Below are positions 56,238-56,471 of a DNA stretch of 56,471 nt, one piece after another. This DNA is from Candidatus Faecimonas gallistercoris (GTDB taxonomy: Bacteria; Bacillota_I; Bacilli_A; RF39; UBA660). The DNA lies in contig DVGU01000003.1 in NCBI GenBank assembly GCA_018712565.1, positions 1 to 56,471 of the forward strand, in the 5' to 3' direction. Each line of letters begins with the position of its first letter. Positions within the stretch are counted from its first letter, which is position 1. A model generated the notes under the pieces. The model was given only the letters and a program-made list of their open reading frames with translations. It was not told where the DNA came from and did no database searches. A program made the position numbers and the translations under genes.

Positions 56238-56471
56238 CTACTTTAACTCCATCATATACTTCTTTAATCCTTCAAACATAATATTATAACTAGCATTATA
56301 ATCTCTATCATGATAACTTCCACATTCTGGACAAGTCCATTCTCTAACACTTAAGTCTTTTACTTTCTCATTCTTATAGCCACACCTGCTACACTCCTGA
56401 CTACTTGGATAATAACTATCTATTTTGATATATTTCTTTCCATATATCTTAGCTTTATATTCTAAGACTCT
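56238..56471 (-). CDS. tnpB: IS200/IS605-family TnpB (IS605 OrfB) C-terminal part, truncated by the window edge
   Basis: Open frame to the edge: RVLEYKAKIYGKKYIKIDSYYPSSQECSRCGYKNEKVKDLSVREWTCPECGSYHDRDYNASYNIMFEGLKKYMMELK*. It has a CxxC...CxxC zinc finger followed by the RuvC-III HDRD.NA..NI motif. Confidence 0.8.
   Translation of the reverse strand, partial: RVLEYKAKIYGKKYIKIDSYYPSSQECSRCGYKNEKVKDLSVREWTCPECGSYHDRDYNASYNIMFEGLKKYMMELK

Overview
Strongly AT-rich chromosomal segment (56.5 kb) of a low-GC Bacillota (Firmicutes)-type genome. It uses the standard bacterial code: Trp is always TGG, and TGA ends at least one intact gene. There are about 60 genes, and all but four (hxlR-like, sspI, pyrH, one orphan) lie on the minus strand.

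Recognisable housekeeping blocks:
- rplU leader, rplU, prp, rpmA (with the Prp-cleaved N-terminal propeptide), then three unknown genes, then obg
- M48/YgjP-like, SpoU/TrmH-like, rimM, trmD
- tgt, tag, addB-addA, pyrH

Other assignable content:
- an SOS-box-controlled Y-family polymerase with a YolD-like partner
- a P-type cation ATPase
- a GntR + ABC efflux operon, an ABC-F ATPase, and TetR and HxlR regulators
- a DnaQ-like exonuclease, a YbaK deacylase, and flavin reductase, flavodoxin and GNAT genes
- an HPt-receiver fusion and a ClpX-like AAA+ paralog
- sspI with a forespore-type promoter, which suggests an endospore former

Signs of decay and mobile DNA:
- three or four pseudogenes (ABM monooxygenase with one TAA, an S51-peptidase-like gene with a TGA plus frameshifts, a homopolymer frameshift)
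- four IS200/IS605-type tnpB / right-end (omega-RNA scaffold) remnants, each with its right end pointing into the start of the next gene

The most interesting locus is 38568-46762. An Fe-S DinG/XPD-family helicase with its own sigmaA promoter is followed, without a terminator, by two tandem paralogous copies of a translationally coupled gene pair. Protein A (329 aa) has an acidic N-terminal half and a HigB/Gp49 (RelE/ParE-superfamily)-like C-terminal domain. Protein B (about 610 aa) is predicted helical and has no motif I can assign. A miniature IS605 remnant separates the two copies. I could not match this arrangement to any described toxin-antitoxin or defence system, and I flag it as the candidate novel system.

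All function calls come from motif recognition by eye. No database search was possible.
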